Below, piece by piece: positions 9,187 through 19,742 of a stretch of DNA of 46,605 nt. Source of the stretch: a virus. Lineage: Duplodnaviria; Caudoviricetes. The notes under the pieces were generated by a model. That model made no database searches and was not told where the DNA came from. It worked only from the letters and a program-made list of their open reading frames with translations. The translations under genes were made by a program, and so were the position numbers. The stretch spans positions 1 to 46,605 of IMG/VR virus record IMGVR_UViG_3300017912_004379, one strand, 5' to 3'. How positions within the stretch are numbered: the stretch's first letter is position 1; every line of letters starts with the position of its first letter.

Positions 9187-10001
9187 ACATAGCAGGTATT
9201 CATACAACCAAACCACGAACACAAAGATACGTTGAAGCCTTTGTCAAAGGCACACCGGGACCAAGCAAAATATATCAGTTCAGAGATCTTAGACATCTGC
9301 CAAACGAGAATCTGACCATGTATGGAATACTGGCTGGATCCGGAGAAGTTTATAAGTGGTGTATCAAAGAGGCAAAAGATTTTTATTTTATGGACCATGG
9401 GTATTTCACTAACGCCCATGATAGTCCGCATTGGTTGAGAATAACAAAAAACAAACACTGCCAAAACGTTCTACAAGATAGGCCAGCGGACAGGTATGAA
9501 AAAAATTTCAAGCAGGATATAAAACCATGGAAGAAACATGGCTCTAAGATCTTAGTATTGCCTCCCACCAACGCAATAGCAAACTTTTTTGGTGTAGAAG
9601 ATTGGTTAGATACTACTCTGAAAACTTTACAAGCAAACACAGACAGAGATATTGTAGTAAGAGAAAAACCTTATAATCCGACAGTGGCCATAGATCATGT
9701 TGGGGCAACAGTAAAAATAGACAAGCCAACAAAAAATCAAGGAAGGATCAATTGGAGTGATTACTATGCAATGGTAACATACAATTCAAATACTATGATA
9801 GCCAGTCTCGCTGAAGGAATTCCGGTATTTTGTGACCCGCGGAATTCGGCGGCGGCTCCTATATCAGAGACAGACTTTACTAAAATTGAAACACCTAAAT
9901 ATGGTGATAGAGTTGCATTGTTTTCAAGTCTAGCGTATAATAATTGGACAATGAACGAAATGGCAGACGGCACGGCATGGAGAATGATTAATGAAAGTTG
10001 A
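9183..10001 (+). CDS. KpsS/KpsC-like protein (paralogue 2)
   Basis: MDHGYF, ILVLPP, VREKP, VTYNS...GIPVF, LAYNNWT..EM.DG. Confidence 0.6.
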   Translation: MNIAGIHTTKPRTQRYVEAFVKGTPGPSKIYQFRDLRHLPNENLTMYGILAGSGEVYKWCIKEAKDFYFMDHGYFTNAHDSPHWLRITKNKHCQNVLQDRPADRYEKNFKQDIKPWKKHGSKILVLPPTNAIANFFGVEDWLDTTLKTLQANTDRDIVVREKPYNPTVAIDHVGATVKIDKPTKNQGRINWSDYYAMVTYNSNTMIASLAEGIPVFCDPRNSAAAPISETDFTKIETPKYGDRVALFSSLAYNNWTMNEMADGTAWRMINES

Positions 10002-10974
10002 GATATTTAGAAGAACTGTAAAAGATCGTAGGCGTGGTAATAGTTATGAATTGTTGTATCATCTTAAAGAAGGCATAGAAGCCGCAGGCGATGAAGCAGT
10101 AATAGTGAATGAAAACAGGTCTGGCCCTACTGTGGAAGGCGAAATGATACCTACTGCTCCAATGGCCGCGATGTTTGGATATGGTGGTGATAAACAGATG
10201 CATCACACTAAAGGTAGGAGAAGAGAACTTGCCGACAACTGTAGAGCTAAAAAGATTCCTTTGATAACTTTTGACGGCGGATTACTTTCTAGTTTTGGCA
10301 ATGTTTCTACATCGCCAGATCACCATTTTAGAGTGTCGCTGTATACTCCAATGAACGACGGCAATTTCCTTTCTGACAACAGTCCAAGCGATCGTTGGGA
10401 AATGCTGGTCAAAAAATTTAATGTGAAATATGAACCATGGAGGAAGTCCAATCCGGCAGATCCTATAATATTTGTTATGCAACCTAAAGACAATTGGAGC
10501 ATGAACGAATTGGATCCCATAGATTGGTTTAAAGGAGTTTATGAGAAATTAAGACCTATTACAAATAGGAAATTTATAGTAAGGCCGCACCCTAATAATG
10601 TGTCGAACATACTTGAAAGGAAGAACGAATTTCCGAGTGACGTTGAGATACAGTACACAAAAAAAGATTTTGTTGGTGACGAGAAAAAGTATTATAGATT
10701 TCATTTCCAGGACGTTATAACTAATTGTCATGCTGTTGTTACTCACAATTCTACTGCCAGCGTCGACTCTTGTGTTCGTGGAATCCCTACCTTTGTTACC
10801 TCAGATCTTGCACTTTGTTGGCCAGTAGCGAACAAAGATCTTACTAAAATAGAATCTCCGGACTACCCAGACCGTACTCAGTGGGTCAACGATTTGGGCT
10901 ACAAATTATGGAGTATCAAAGAGATAAGAGACGGCACAGTCTATAAAAGATTCAAATCTAAACTAGGATTGTAA
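9991..10974 (+). CDS. KpsS/KpsC-like protein (paralogue 3)
   Basis: MQ..D.S, VRPHP, VVTHNSTASVDS..GIPTF, DR.QW...L.Y..W...E..DG. Confidence 0.62.
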   Translation: MKVEIFRRTVKDRRRGNSYELLYHLKEGIEAAGDEAVIVNENRSGPTVEGEMIPTAPMAAMFGYGGDKQMHHTKGRRRELADNCRAKKIPLITFDGGLLSSFGNVSTSPDHHFRVSLYTPMNDGNFLSDNSPSDRWEMLVKKFNVKYEPWRKSNPADPIIFVMQPKDNWSMNELDPIDWFKGVYEKLRPITNRKFIVRPHPNNVSNILERKNEFPSDVEIQYTKKDFVGDEKKYYRFHFQDVITNCHAVVTHNSTASVDSCVRGIPTFVTSDLALCWPVANKDLTKIESPDYPDRTQWVNDLGYKLWSIKEIRDGTVYKRFKSKLGL

Positions 10975-10978
10975 ACGT

Positions 10979-12721
10979 ATGTGTGGGATATACGGGATTA
11001 CTGCTAGTGACCAACACTTCATTAATGACTATATGAATATCTGTAAGCATAGAGGACCAGACGGTGGATCAAAAATTGAAATTGTAAATAAAAAATCCGG
11101 AAACACTGTTACATTAGGTCATAATCTTTTGAGTATCATGGCAGAACCTACCAAGTCCTATCAACCATGGAGGACACCAAAAGGCAACACTTTGATCTAT
11201 AACGGAGAAATATTCAATTACTTTGAACTGAAAGAAAAATATCCTGCATTCAAAGATACCACAGGATGTGACACTGAACTACTTGCCTGGGGACTAGATA
11301 AATTTGGCCTAAAGTTTATTGACGAGATAGACTCAATGCATGGCTTTGCCTACTACGAACCAGACAAAGATAAGATTACTCTGAGCAGAGACCACGCCGG
11401 TATAAAACCATTGTACTACGCTGAGATCGAAGAAGGACTGGTTTTTGGATCAGAAGTGAAAGGAATGTTGGACAAAGTGCCTGGCTCAAGAAAGTTAGAT
11501 AATCTCGCGGCAAGTTTCCAAAGTAGGACAGGACTCAACCCTTTACGTAACACGCTGTTCAGTGGCATAAAAAAATTATTGCCTGGTGAAACAATAGTGT
11601 GGGACATAGCAAATAAAAAAATATGTGATACAAAACGAATTTACATCAAACCGAATTCTAATATCAAATTTGATCCTGATGAGTTTAGAAAGCAACTTGC
11701 AGATGCAGTCAAACGCTGTTCTATCGGTAGAAGGAAAATAGGAGTGTTCTTGAGCGGCGGACTGGATTCTAGTGTAGTTGCCTACGAGCTCAGTAAAATT
11801 AAAGACGAAGTTTATACATTCACAAACAAATTTACTCCTGAAGTGGAAAGTGATGAGGATTTCAACAGCGATGCAAAAGCGGCCAAAATACTAGCAGAAC
11901 AGAATAAATTTATACACTCTGAAGTCGAGATCACTCCTAAAATTTTTAAGGAATCCTGGAATGACTCGGTGTACTATGGAGAACAACCGTTATACACAGC
12001 CAACTCCTCACTTTACTGCTATACAAATAAATTTTTAGCAGAACAGGGTGTGGTTGTTACAATGTCCGGAGACATGGGAGATGAGATACTGGCAGGGTAT
12101 GTAAAATACAAACACATGTTGCAGGGTCGCATAAGACTTAATTCTTGGTCCGAGGTGCTTACGCATTGGCTTAATAGAATAAAAAGACCTGTGCCTTTGA
12201 CTGACAACATACTCTCTGATAAAGTGCTCCTTGAAGAATTCAGTAAATGTTATTCGGACGAATTATGGAACAAGGATGATCCAACAGCGTCTTACATGGC
12301 GCTGGACTGTGTCACTCAGGTTCCCACCGAATTTTTCAGTAGAAATGATACCTATGGAATGGCCTACAGCATGGAAGGTAGATTTCCACTCGCGTCTAAA
12401 TTTTTTATGCAATACTGCTTGAACATTCCGACCAAATACAAAATAGGATCCAGAGATGCGGACACCAAGATGTTGACAAAGATTTCATACAAAAAATTAT
12501 TGCCGCAACAAATCATCAAAAAAGAGAAGACAGGATGGACTGTTCCTATAGGATACTGGTTAAAAACAAACATCGATCAAGACCTAACAAATTTTTACAC
12601 ACAGAGTGTTGGCGAACAAAATAAAATGAACACTATCACAATTAATGCAAAGGTTGGTAAGAGCATTATACCCGCATGGGCATATAAAAGTTGGAAGGAA
12701 AAATACGACATTAAATATTGA
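10979..12721 (+). CDS. asnB: Asparagine synthase (glutamine-hydrolysing)-like amidotransferase
   Basis: N-terminal MCGI, HRGPD, NGEIFN, RDHAGIKPLYY, LSGGLDSS, SGDMGDE motifs. Confidence 0.92.
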   Translation: MCGIYGITASDQHFINDYMNICKHRGPDGGSKIEIVNKKSGNTVTLGHNLLSIMAEPTKSYQPWRTPKGNTLIYNGEIFNYFELKEKYPAFKDTTGCDTELLAWGLDKFGLKFIDEIDSMHGFAYYEPDKDKITLSRDHAGIKPLYYAEIEEGLVFGSEVKGMLDKVPGSRKLDNLAASFQSRTGLNPLRNTLFSGIKKLLPGETIVWDIANKKICDTKRIYIKPNSNIKFDPDEFRKQLADAVKRCSIGRRKIGVFLSGGLDSSVVAYELSKIKDEVYTFTNKFTPEVESDEDFNSDAKAAKILAEQNKFIHSEVEITPKIFKESWNDSVYYGEQPLYTANSSLYCYTNKFLAEQGVVVTMSGDMGDEILAGYVKYKHMLQGRIRLNSWSEVLTHWLNRIKRPVPLTDNILSDKVLLEEFSKCYSDELWNKDDPTASYMALDCVTQVPTEFFSRNDTYGMAYSMEGRFPLASKFFMQYCLNIPTKYKIGSRDADTKMLTKISYKKLLPQQIIKKEKTGWTVPIGYWLKTNIDQDLTNFYTQSVGEQNKMNTITINAKVGKSIIPAWAYKSWKEKYDIKY

Positions 12722-13641
12722 TCATGAGTAGTCTAGCAGTAGTGACAACATTTCCACCAAACAGGTGGACGGCATATGCAAAAAGAATGATCGAAAGCCA
12801 TGTCAAATATTGGCCAGATGATGTAATGCTCCATGCATACTATGAAGGTGCCAGACCAGATTTCAATAACGCAAAGGTAAAATTCATTAATATCGAAGAA
12901 GCAAATCCTGAACTTGTAAAATTTAAACAAAGACACAAAAACGATCCCGTGGCAAATGGAGAAACTACAGAGATACCCGGTGGCGTAAGACGTGTTGCTG
13001 GGGCAGGCGACAAAGATAGAAACAAAGGATCATTCCTTTGGGACGCAGTGAGATTTTCACACAAGACATTTGCCGTAGACCATGCAATCAAGAATATAGA
13101 TGCTGACTATGTGCTATGGCTCGATGCAGACACATACACGTTCAGACACATCACAAAGCAGTTTGTTTTGGATCTGTTGCCAGGTGACAAATTAGTAAAC
13201 TACCTAGGCCGAGTGACCTATCCTGAATGTGGGTGGGTATGCTACAACAAAAGACATCCAAAGATACAACAATTCATGAAGTACTGGACAGACCTATACA
13301 TAAATGACACAATCTTCCAGGAGTTGGAATGGCATGACAGTTATTTGTTTTGGCAGTGTGTCAAAAGGATAGCACCTAATGACGGAGTAGATATTGGTAA
13401 GGGAGCAGGCGTAGAAGGTCTTCATGTATTCATCAACAGTGTGCTAGGTGATTATATAGACCACATGAAGGGCAAAAGAAAAATTAAAGGCAAAAGTTCT
13501 CGTTCTGATCTGAGAACCAAGAAGAATCAGGAATATTGGAAAAATGTTGAGAGCTATGATCCATTTGGTGGTGTAAAATTTGATGTGAAACAGGCGGAAG
13601 ATATAGTCAGCAAAGTCGCAAAAGGCAAACAAGGAAACTAA
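12718..13641 (+). CDS. Glycosyltransferase, GT-A fold
   Basis: VVTTF, DAVRFSHK, WLDADT (DxD), EWHDS, DHMKGKRK; paralogue of 37700-38503; true start may be ATG 12724. Confidence 0.75.
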   Translation: MIMSSLAVVTTFPPNRWTAYAKRMIESHVKYWPDDVMLHAYYEGARPDFNNAKVKFINIEEANPELVKFKQRHKNDPVANGETTEIPGGVRRVAGAGDKDRNKGSFLWDAVRFSHKTFAVDHAIKNIDADYVLWLDADTYTFRHITKQFVLDLLPGDKLVNYLGRVTYPECGWVCYNKRHPKIQQFMKYWTDLYINDTIFQELEWHDSYLFWQCVKRIAPNDGVDIGKGAGVEGLHVFINSVLGDYIDHMKGKRKIKGKSSRSDLRTKKNQEYWKNVESYDPFGGVKFDVKQAEDIVSKVAKGKQGN

Positions 13642-14510
13642 TGAACGTAGAAATATGGCCAGCACATGGCCCACTTAATTCGAAAGATGTGTTCGCTAAA
13701 TTTATAAAATCTTTACATAGATCGGGCGAACAAGTTTATGAGAATGTGGCAGTCCCCAATGCAGACGTGGCAGTAATATGGAGTGTGCTTTGGCAAGGGA
13801 GAATGCGTAACTACAAAGAAATATGGGACAGATATAGAAAAGCAAACAAGCCTGTGATTGTAATCGAAGTAGGTGGCATCAAGAGAAACGAAACTTGGAA
13901 GATTGGCATCAATGGGGTAAACAGAGAAGCCGATTTTGGAAATCAAATAGTGGACGATCAAAGATGGAAAAAATTCAACATAGAACTTAAACCATGGAAG
14001 CAGACAGGTGACAACATTATAATCTGTGGACAACATCACAGCAGTCATCAATGGCGCAACAATCCGCCAATGTCAGAATGGTTCGATAACCAGATAGTTG
14101 AAATAAGAAAATATACTGACAAGCCAATTATTATTAGGCCTCATCCTAGAAATCATATCAGGATGGATGTAAACAAATATAAAAATGTCAAAATAGTCGG
14201 ACCTCGCAGAGACACCAACACCTATGATGATACTGATCTTACTGAACGTCTGAAGTCAGCATGGGCACTGGTAAATCACTCCAGCAACCCTGCCATGACA
14301 GCGGCCATGCACGGCATACCGGTCTACGTATCGGAATCCAGTCTGAGCTATGACATTGCCAACACAAATTACAATAATATTGAAAATCCAAAAATGCCAG
14401 ACAGGCAACAATGGGTAAACAAACTGGCATTTACTGAGTGGTGGCCAGATGAAATAGAACAAGGAACCCCGTGGCAGAGAATAAAAAAGAGGCTCGAGGA
14501 GAAATATTAA
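13641..14510 (+). CDS. KpsS/KpsC-like protein (paralogue 4)
   Basis: IEVG, ICGQ, IRPHP, VNHSSNPA..A..GIPVY, DRQQW...LA..EW..DEI..G. Confidence 0.62.
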   Translation: MNVEIWPAHGPLNSKDVFAKFIKSLHRSGEQVYENVAVPNADVAVIWSVLWQGRMRNYKEIWDRYRKANKPVIVIEVGGIKRNETWKIGINGVNREADFGNQIVDDQRWKKFNIELKPWKQTGDNIIICGQHHSSHQWRNNPPMSEWFDNQIVEIRKYTDKPIIIRPHPRNHIRMDVNKYKNVKIVGPRRDTNTYDDTDLTERLKSAWALVNHSSNPAMTAAMHGIPVYVSESSLSYDIANTNYNNIENPKMPDRQQWVNKLAFTEWWPDEIEQGTPWQRIKKRLEEKY

Positions 14511-15259
14511 TGGGAACATTTCGCGTGAATAAAAGGAACGAAGTTCTACCAATAGAGTTTGAGACATACAAAGGCGAGGAGATAATCGTCAATACAATTA
14601 TACGTAATGGAAAACGTATTCATGAAAAAGAATTTTATGAAGATAAGGTCCAAGCAGTACCGAGGGGCAACGCCTACTGTATCGGAAACGGCCCTTCACG
14701 AAAAGGTTTTGACCTTAACAGATTAAAGCCGCACGGTCAGACGTATGGATGTAATGCTCTTTATAGAGATTTCATGCCTGACTTTATTTTTAGTGTTGAT
14801 GCAAAAATGACGGCACAGATGTGTCTAGATAAAGTTGGTAGAAAAACAATTCATTACGCACCTTCTTTAGAAGTAAACCGGAGACATGCCAAAGGTATGA
14901 TACACCTCATACCAAACAACCCACACTGGATATCAGGCAACCAAGCATTCTGGACAGCGGGTGTCCACGGACACAAAAACATATACCTAATCGGTTATGA
15001 CTTCAGAGAATACGGAAAAGGAAAACTTAATAACATATATCAGGATACGTTAATTTATGGTGAACGCAACGGCGACACTGTGTTTGATGGATGGCTAAAA
15101 CAGTTCCGTGACATGATTAAGATGCGACCTTACATTAATTTTACAGTTGTACATGACGATCCGCCCCATTACTTTCATTATCTCCAGACAGGAACCGATT
15201 TAGGAAACACCCGGGTTATAAGTTATTCAGATCTGGATGAGGAACTAACACCTAGATAG
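14510..15259 (+). CDS. DUF115/Maf-like (sialyltransferase-related) protein
   Basis: IGNGPS, YGCNALYR, SG..A, IYLIGYD motifs; start placed at ATG 14510. Confidence 0.6.
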   Translation: MGTFRVNKRNEVLPIEFETYKGEEIIVNTIIRNGKRIHEKEFYEDKVQAVPRGNAYCIGNGPSRKGFDLNRLKPHGQTYGCNALYRDFMPDFIFSVDAKMTAQMCLDKVGRKTIHYAPSLEVNRRHAKGMIHLIPNNPHWISGNQAFWTAGVHGHKNIYLIGYDFREYGKGKLNNIYQDTLIYGERNGDTVFDGWLKQFRDMIKMRPYINFTVVHDDPPHYFHYLQTGTDLGNTRVISYSDLDEELTPR

Positions 15260-15721
15260 ATTTAGTCCCGCTGATTTAAATTTGCCTTTCCAAGCAAAGA
15301 AGTTAGCATTATGGTTTGAATACGGATCTTTCATCCAAGTCATTTGGTATAGGTGTACCATTTCATGAGCAAGTGTTTCTATAAAATCTTTCCATTTAGG
15401 AAACTTGCAGTGTAATTCTATATAGTATTCTACTTCGATATGATATGGTATGACTCGTTGATCAAATTTACCTTTTGGTGTTTTTCTATTGTCCCAATTG
15501 GCCACGCATCTGCCCCAATCCTTGTGCAACTTTTTTATATGTAAAGGCACTCTTGGTAATCTACCATTGAACAATCCTCTGTTGATGACATTGAACCAGT
15601 GATAGCATTGTTGTTCTGTTGGTTTAAATCCAGCAATATTTTTATGTCTAGTCAGAGTGTTTTCCAACTTAATTTTCAGTTGCTTACGTACATTCACACT
15701 TTTATTTTTGTACCTTTTCAT
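15245..15721 (-). CDS. SprT-like zinc metalloprotease
   Basis: N..LF...LP, TLAHEMVH (HExxH), downstream H...F. Confidence 0.8.
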   Translation of the reverse strand: MKRYKNKSVNVRKQLKIKLENTLTRHKNIAGFKPTEQQCYHWFNVINRGLFNGRLPRVPLHIKKLHKDWGRCVANWDNRKTPKGKFDQRVIPYHIEVEYYIELHCKFPKWKDFIETLAHEMVHLYQMTWMKDPYSNHNANFFAWKGKFKSAGLNLSRC

Positions 15722-15723
15722 GG

Positions 15724-15751
15724 TTGACTATATTACCAATTATGCTATAAT
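15724..15751 (+). promoter_or_regulatory. Sigma70-like promoter
   Basis: TTGACT 15724-15729, TATAAT 15746-15751. Confidence 0.6.
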
Positions 15752-15775
15752 ATACTAATAATTATCTAAAATACC

Positions 15776-17134
15776 ATGACTGATATGCACACAGATTTGC
15801 CAAAAACAATTAACGAAGCACTAAAAATACTAGCCTATAATGATTATTTTTGGGCAAATTCATCAATGATAGGAAATACAGCCATAATCAAGCCACACCC
15901 CAAAGATCATGAGACAGTGAGATCGCTCGCAGAAGCACAATATCCATGGACAGAGAAACAGGGTAAATTAGCCTTGGTAATACTGAAAAGATACCTTACC
16001 AAGTTCCAGACACACGGCATGGACATTAAAAAACTATTAGACAATCCTGTTTACGAAGACGAGTTTCGTGTGATAAGTCACCATAAAAGTATTGAGAAGT
16101 ACACAGATGACAACAATGTGGAGAAAATAGAAATGAAATTTCCATACCACAAAAAAGTCATCCAACTTATAAGATGTCTCAAAGATAAACGTGACATGCC
16201 TGCCGGATATTGTCAGTATGATGGTGAAGCAAAAAAATGGACTTTCCTACATAGCGATGTCACTGCCTACTATCTAACATTGATCGCTGTTAGATACGAT
16301 TTTAAATTCAGTGACGACAGACTTTTAAATGACTATGAAGCAGTCAAACAGGAGATAATAGGTCACAAGCAACCAACAGCACGATTGATTGGCGGTGAGG
16401 TTGTTTTAGAGAATGCTCCTGAATCGCTACAAGAGTATTGGAACAAACACTTAAAAAATAAAAATGCTTTGAATCAAGTTGATTCGCTTAAAAATTTTAA
16501 TATTTCAACCACTGGTATAAACATTCCATCGGCAACAAGAGTAGGAAAAAGTATAGCACATAAAAATCATCACAAGTTATGGATCGATAGCAAGAGTTAC
16601 ACAAAGCGAGAAGTTGTAAGTGGCATAGTGGAACTTGACTGTTTTCCGTTGCTTGTTCCAGTAAGTGGTGACATTCACATGGAGGAAGATGTAAAAACTT
16701 TTTGGGAATGGTTGAATTGCTTCAAAGAAAACGGGATAGATATTTTGAATGACTGTTCATGGGGGTTCGATGTTAAAGAACCAATCTACAAAAAGGACAT
16801 AGACAAATTCACAAATGAAAGACACTGGTTAGTAGACAACCAAAAACCTCACGAATTTTTCCAGAACCTTTACGAATTACATCAAATGAGTAAACAGTTC
16901 AAGTTGATAACTGATAATACCAAAATTATATTTGTAAGAAATAGAATACCGAGGGCGTTGATTAAAAGTAATATAAAACCAAAGGCTTCGTTGATTGCCG
17001 TTGGTGGTGGCTATTATTCAACAGGCACAGACAATCTTAAAAGACTTCTTGAAAATCTTCCAAAAAAGTTGTATTATAGTGATCATCAGCCGAGTAGTTG
17101 GGATTGGCATGATCATATTATAAGAAAACTTTAG
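15776..17134 (+). CDS. Hypothetical protein upstream of the UvsW-like helicase
   Basis: 452-aa ORF; no motif recognised. Confidence 0.8.
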   Translation: MTDMHTDLPKTINEALKILAYNDYFWANSSMIGNTAIIKPHPKDHETVRSLAEAQYPWTEKQGKLALVILKRYLTKFQTHGMDIKKLLDNPVYEDEFRVISHHKSIEKYTDDNNVEKIEMKFPYHKKVIQLIRCLKDKRDMPAGYCQYDGEAKKWTFLHSDVTAYYLTLIAVRYDFKFSDDRLLNDYEAVKQEIIGHKQPTARLIGGEVVLENAPESLQEYWNKHLKNKNALNQVDSLKNFNISTTGINIPSATRVGKSIAHKNHHKLWIDSKSYTKREVVSGIVELDCFPLLVPVSGDIHMEEDVKTFWEWLNCFKENGIDILNDCSWGFDVKEPIYKKDIDKFTNERHWLVDNQKPHEFFQNLYELHQMSKQFKLITDNTKIIFVRNRIPRALIKSNIKPKASLIAVGGGYYSTGTDNLKRLLENLPKKLYYSDHQPSSWDWHDHIIRKL

Positions 17135-17135
17135 A

Positions 17136-18605
17136 ATGAGCAGTTGTAAATTAGTAATTAAAGACGAAGTAAATGTGAAGTTCGAGAACTTATCTCTTGA
17201 ATGGAGGAAGCGTCTTTCAAATAAATTCAAATACGAAATACCATATGCAAGACATCTCCCAGCAGTCAAACTTGGAAGATGGGATGGAAAAGTTTCTTTT
17301 TTTGGATTAGGCGGAACAACGTATCTAAATTTAGTAGATCAAATTATTCCAATACTTGACGAAGGTGGAGTTTACATAGATGTAGTCGACCATAGGATCA
17401 AACACGATTTTGAATTCAAAGCGGTGGATAAGAATTATCTGTCTCACATCACTTGGCCGGACAATCATCCAGCGGCGGGACAGCCAATCATATTACGAGA
17501 TTATCAAGTTGAAACATTAAACAAATTTATCGAGAACCCACAAAGCATACAAGAGATCGCCACTGGTGCAGGTAAGACCATTATTACAGCGGCACTGTGC
17601 CAATTGGTCGAGCCATACGGCAGGACCATCACTATTGTACCTAACAAAAGTCTAGTTACCCAGACCGAGGAGGACTTCCTTGCTTGTAATCTTGACACTG
17701 GTGTGTACTACGGAGACAGGAAAGAAGTTGGCAGATATAACACAATAGCAACCTGGCAGAGTTTGAATGTGCTAGAAAAGAAAGCGAAAAATGAACATAG
17801 CACAGAATTCAAAGAGTTCTGTGATGGCATTCAAACTGTGATTATAGACGAGGTACATATGGCAAAAGCGGATGTGTTGAAAAGATTACTCACTGGGCCA
17901 TTTGCACATTGTGGAATACGTTGGGGACTTACAGGCACAGTGCCAAAGGCCGACTATGAATTTATGGGCTTGAAATGTAGCATAGGAGAAGTTGCAAACA
18001 GAATACAGGCGAGTGAACTACAAGACAAAGGTGTACTTGCCAACTGTCACGTCAACGTAATACAAACACAAGATCATCCGCAATTCAAAACATACAGTGA
18101 AGAGCTGAAATGGCTGACTACGGATACAACAAGAATGACCTGGGTGGCAAACACAATAAAAGATATTGCAACATCAGGAAATACTTTGATACTTGTTGAC
18201 AGAATCTCTGCAGGTGAATTACTTGAGAAAAAAATCCCAGGTTCGGTATTTGTATCAGGATCAACTAAAAACATGGATAGAAAGGAACAGTATGATGAAA
18301 TATCTACTTCAACAAATAAAGTTATTATTGCCACATATGGAGTTGCCGCTGTTGGCATTAATATTCCTAGGATTTTTAATCTTGTTCTCATAGAACCAGG
18401 CAAGTCGTTTGTTCGGGTAATTCAAAGCATAGGACGAGGTATCAGGAAAGCCGAAGACAAAGACAGCGTACAGATATGGGACATTACCAGCAGTTGCAAG
18501 TTTGCAAAAAGACATTTGGGTGCTAGGAAAAAGTTTTACAAAGAAGCAAATTATCCGTATAATATAGAAAAGATAAATTATGAAAATCCTTACACTAGAC
18601 GATAG
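17136..18605 (+). CDS. uvsW: UvsW-like superfamily 2 helicase
   Basis: WDGK, LRDYQ, ATGAGKT, DEVH, GLTGT, QSIGRGIR motifs. Confidence 0.92.
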   Translation: MSSCKLVIKDEVNVKFENLSLEWRKRLSNKFKYEIPYARHLPAVKLGRWDGKVSFFGLGGTTYLNLVDQIIPILDEGGVYIDVVDHRIKHDFEFKAVDKNYLSHITWPDNHPAAGQPIILRDYQVETLNKFIENPQSIQEIATGAGKTIITAALCQLVEPYGRTITIVPNKSLVTQTEEDFLACNLDTGVYYGDRKEVGRYNTIATWQSLNVLEKKAKNEHSTEFKEFCDGIQTVIIDEVHMAKADVLKRLLTGPFAHCGIRWGLTGTVPKADYEFMGLKCSIGEVANRIQASELQDKGVLANCHVNVIQTQDHPQFKTYSEELKWLTTDTTRMTWVANTIKDIATSGNTLILVDRISAGELLEKKIPGSVFVSGSTKNMDRKEQYDEISTSTNKVIIATYGVAAVGINIPRIFNLVLIEPGKSFVRVIQSIGRGIRKAEDKDSVQIWDITSSCKFAKRHLGARKKFYKEANYPYNIEKINYENPYTRR

Positions 18606-19083
18606 AGCATACACACTAGAAAAGATACCGGAATGGGTCGATGAAAAGTTGAGGTTCGCTGTGCTGGACAACTCGGATCCAAACAACCCTGATTTCTTTT
18701 ACATACCTCTAATATTTTTAGAAAGTTTCAATGCCCCTGCGGCAGTGTTGGAAATAGGACCACACAAAATAAAAATGCCATTGGACTGGAAGATGCTGAT
18801 AGGTGAGGCAGGCCAATCTGAAATGCATGTGTTACCGATAACAAGTTTAAACGACAGAGGGTTCGATGCATTTACATTCAACCCATTGTCAAGTTCAAAG
18901 CCGGACTTTCATCCAATAGATGTTGTGGATATATACACCGAAGTTAAATGGTACTTTCCAAAAATAAAATCAGGACAGATGTTGGCTGTCCCTCTCAACA
19001 ATGGGCCTAAACCAATGTGTGCTTATTTTGTTAAGGACATTTCAAGACAATGCGAACAGGTAGATTATGGCTCGGTCTGGTAG
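18580..19083 (+). CDS. Hypothetical protein in the replication cluster
   Basis: 167-aa ORF overlapping the helicase end. Confidence 0.75.
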   Translation: MKILTLDDRAYTLEKIPEWVDEKLRFAVLDNSDPNNPDFFYIPLIFLESFNAPAAVLEIGPHKIKMPLDWKMLIGEAGQSEMHVLPITSLNDRGFDAFTFNPLSSSKPDFHPIDVVDIYTEVKWYFPKIKSGQMLAVPLNNGPKPMCAYFVKDISRQCEQVDYGSVW

Positions 19084-19309
19084 AAAATCAATTAAAATAA
19101 AAGCACCAATCATGATTACAAATGATAAAATTGCCGTGTGGATGGACCATGGTGAATGGGCCATGGATTTTTTTGACTGGCTGACCAAGAACAAATTGAA
19201 TAAAAAACTTTCAGGTTTACAACATATGCAAAATAAAATAAAATTAACTTTTGTTACAGCAAAGGACTGTACAATGTTTGGATTGAAATATGCCGGCAGA
19301 AAAAAATAG
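19067..19309 (+). CDS. Hypothetical protein
   Basis: 80-aa ORF in an operon-like chain. Confidence 0.65.
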   Translation: MARSGRKSIKIKAPIMITNDKIAVWMDHGEWAMDFFDWLTKNKLNKKLSGLQHMQNKIKLTFVTAKDCTMFGLKYAGRKK

Positions 19310-19742
19310 AAAATTTTTTGATCTACGAAACGGACTCAAAGCAGTCGACTTCAGAAACAAGGATTACTTTGACAGGATAGATGATAAGGAGAAATCCTTG
19401 TATTCACCTTATATGCTGATGAGATATGTGTCAAGCACATCGGCCAAAGATCCATTCTTTGTGGAACACTACGTTGAGATGGTCAATGAGTGCGTCAACA
19501 AACACTGCTTTACACTAGGAAAGCACAAGAAATTACTATGGATACTCACTGCTATGTGTGGATCACTGCAACAGCAATTTCATCCATGGATCAAACCAAT
19601 GAAACGTGTGCCAAATAAAAGTTTGAAAAAATTACAACAGATCTATCCAACGTGGAAAGAGTCTGATCTGGAAACACTAGACCAGATTATCACTGACAGA
19701 GAACTAGAGGAATTAATCGAAGCACATGGCCTCAACGAATAG
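19290..19742 (+). CDS. Probable clamp-loader small subunit (T4 gp62-like)
   Basis: YSPYMLMRY.S, V..VNE.VN, HPWIK pattern and size resemble gp62. Confidence 0.5.
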   Translation: MPAEKNRKFFDLRNGLKAVDFRNKDYFDRIDDKEKSLYSPYMLMRYVSSTSAKDPFFVEHYVEMVNECVNKHCFTLGKHKKLLWILTAMCGSLQQQFHPWIKPMKRVPNKSLKKLQQIYPTWKESDLETLDQIITDRELEELIEAHGLNE

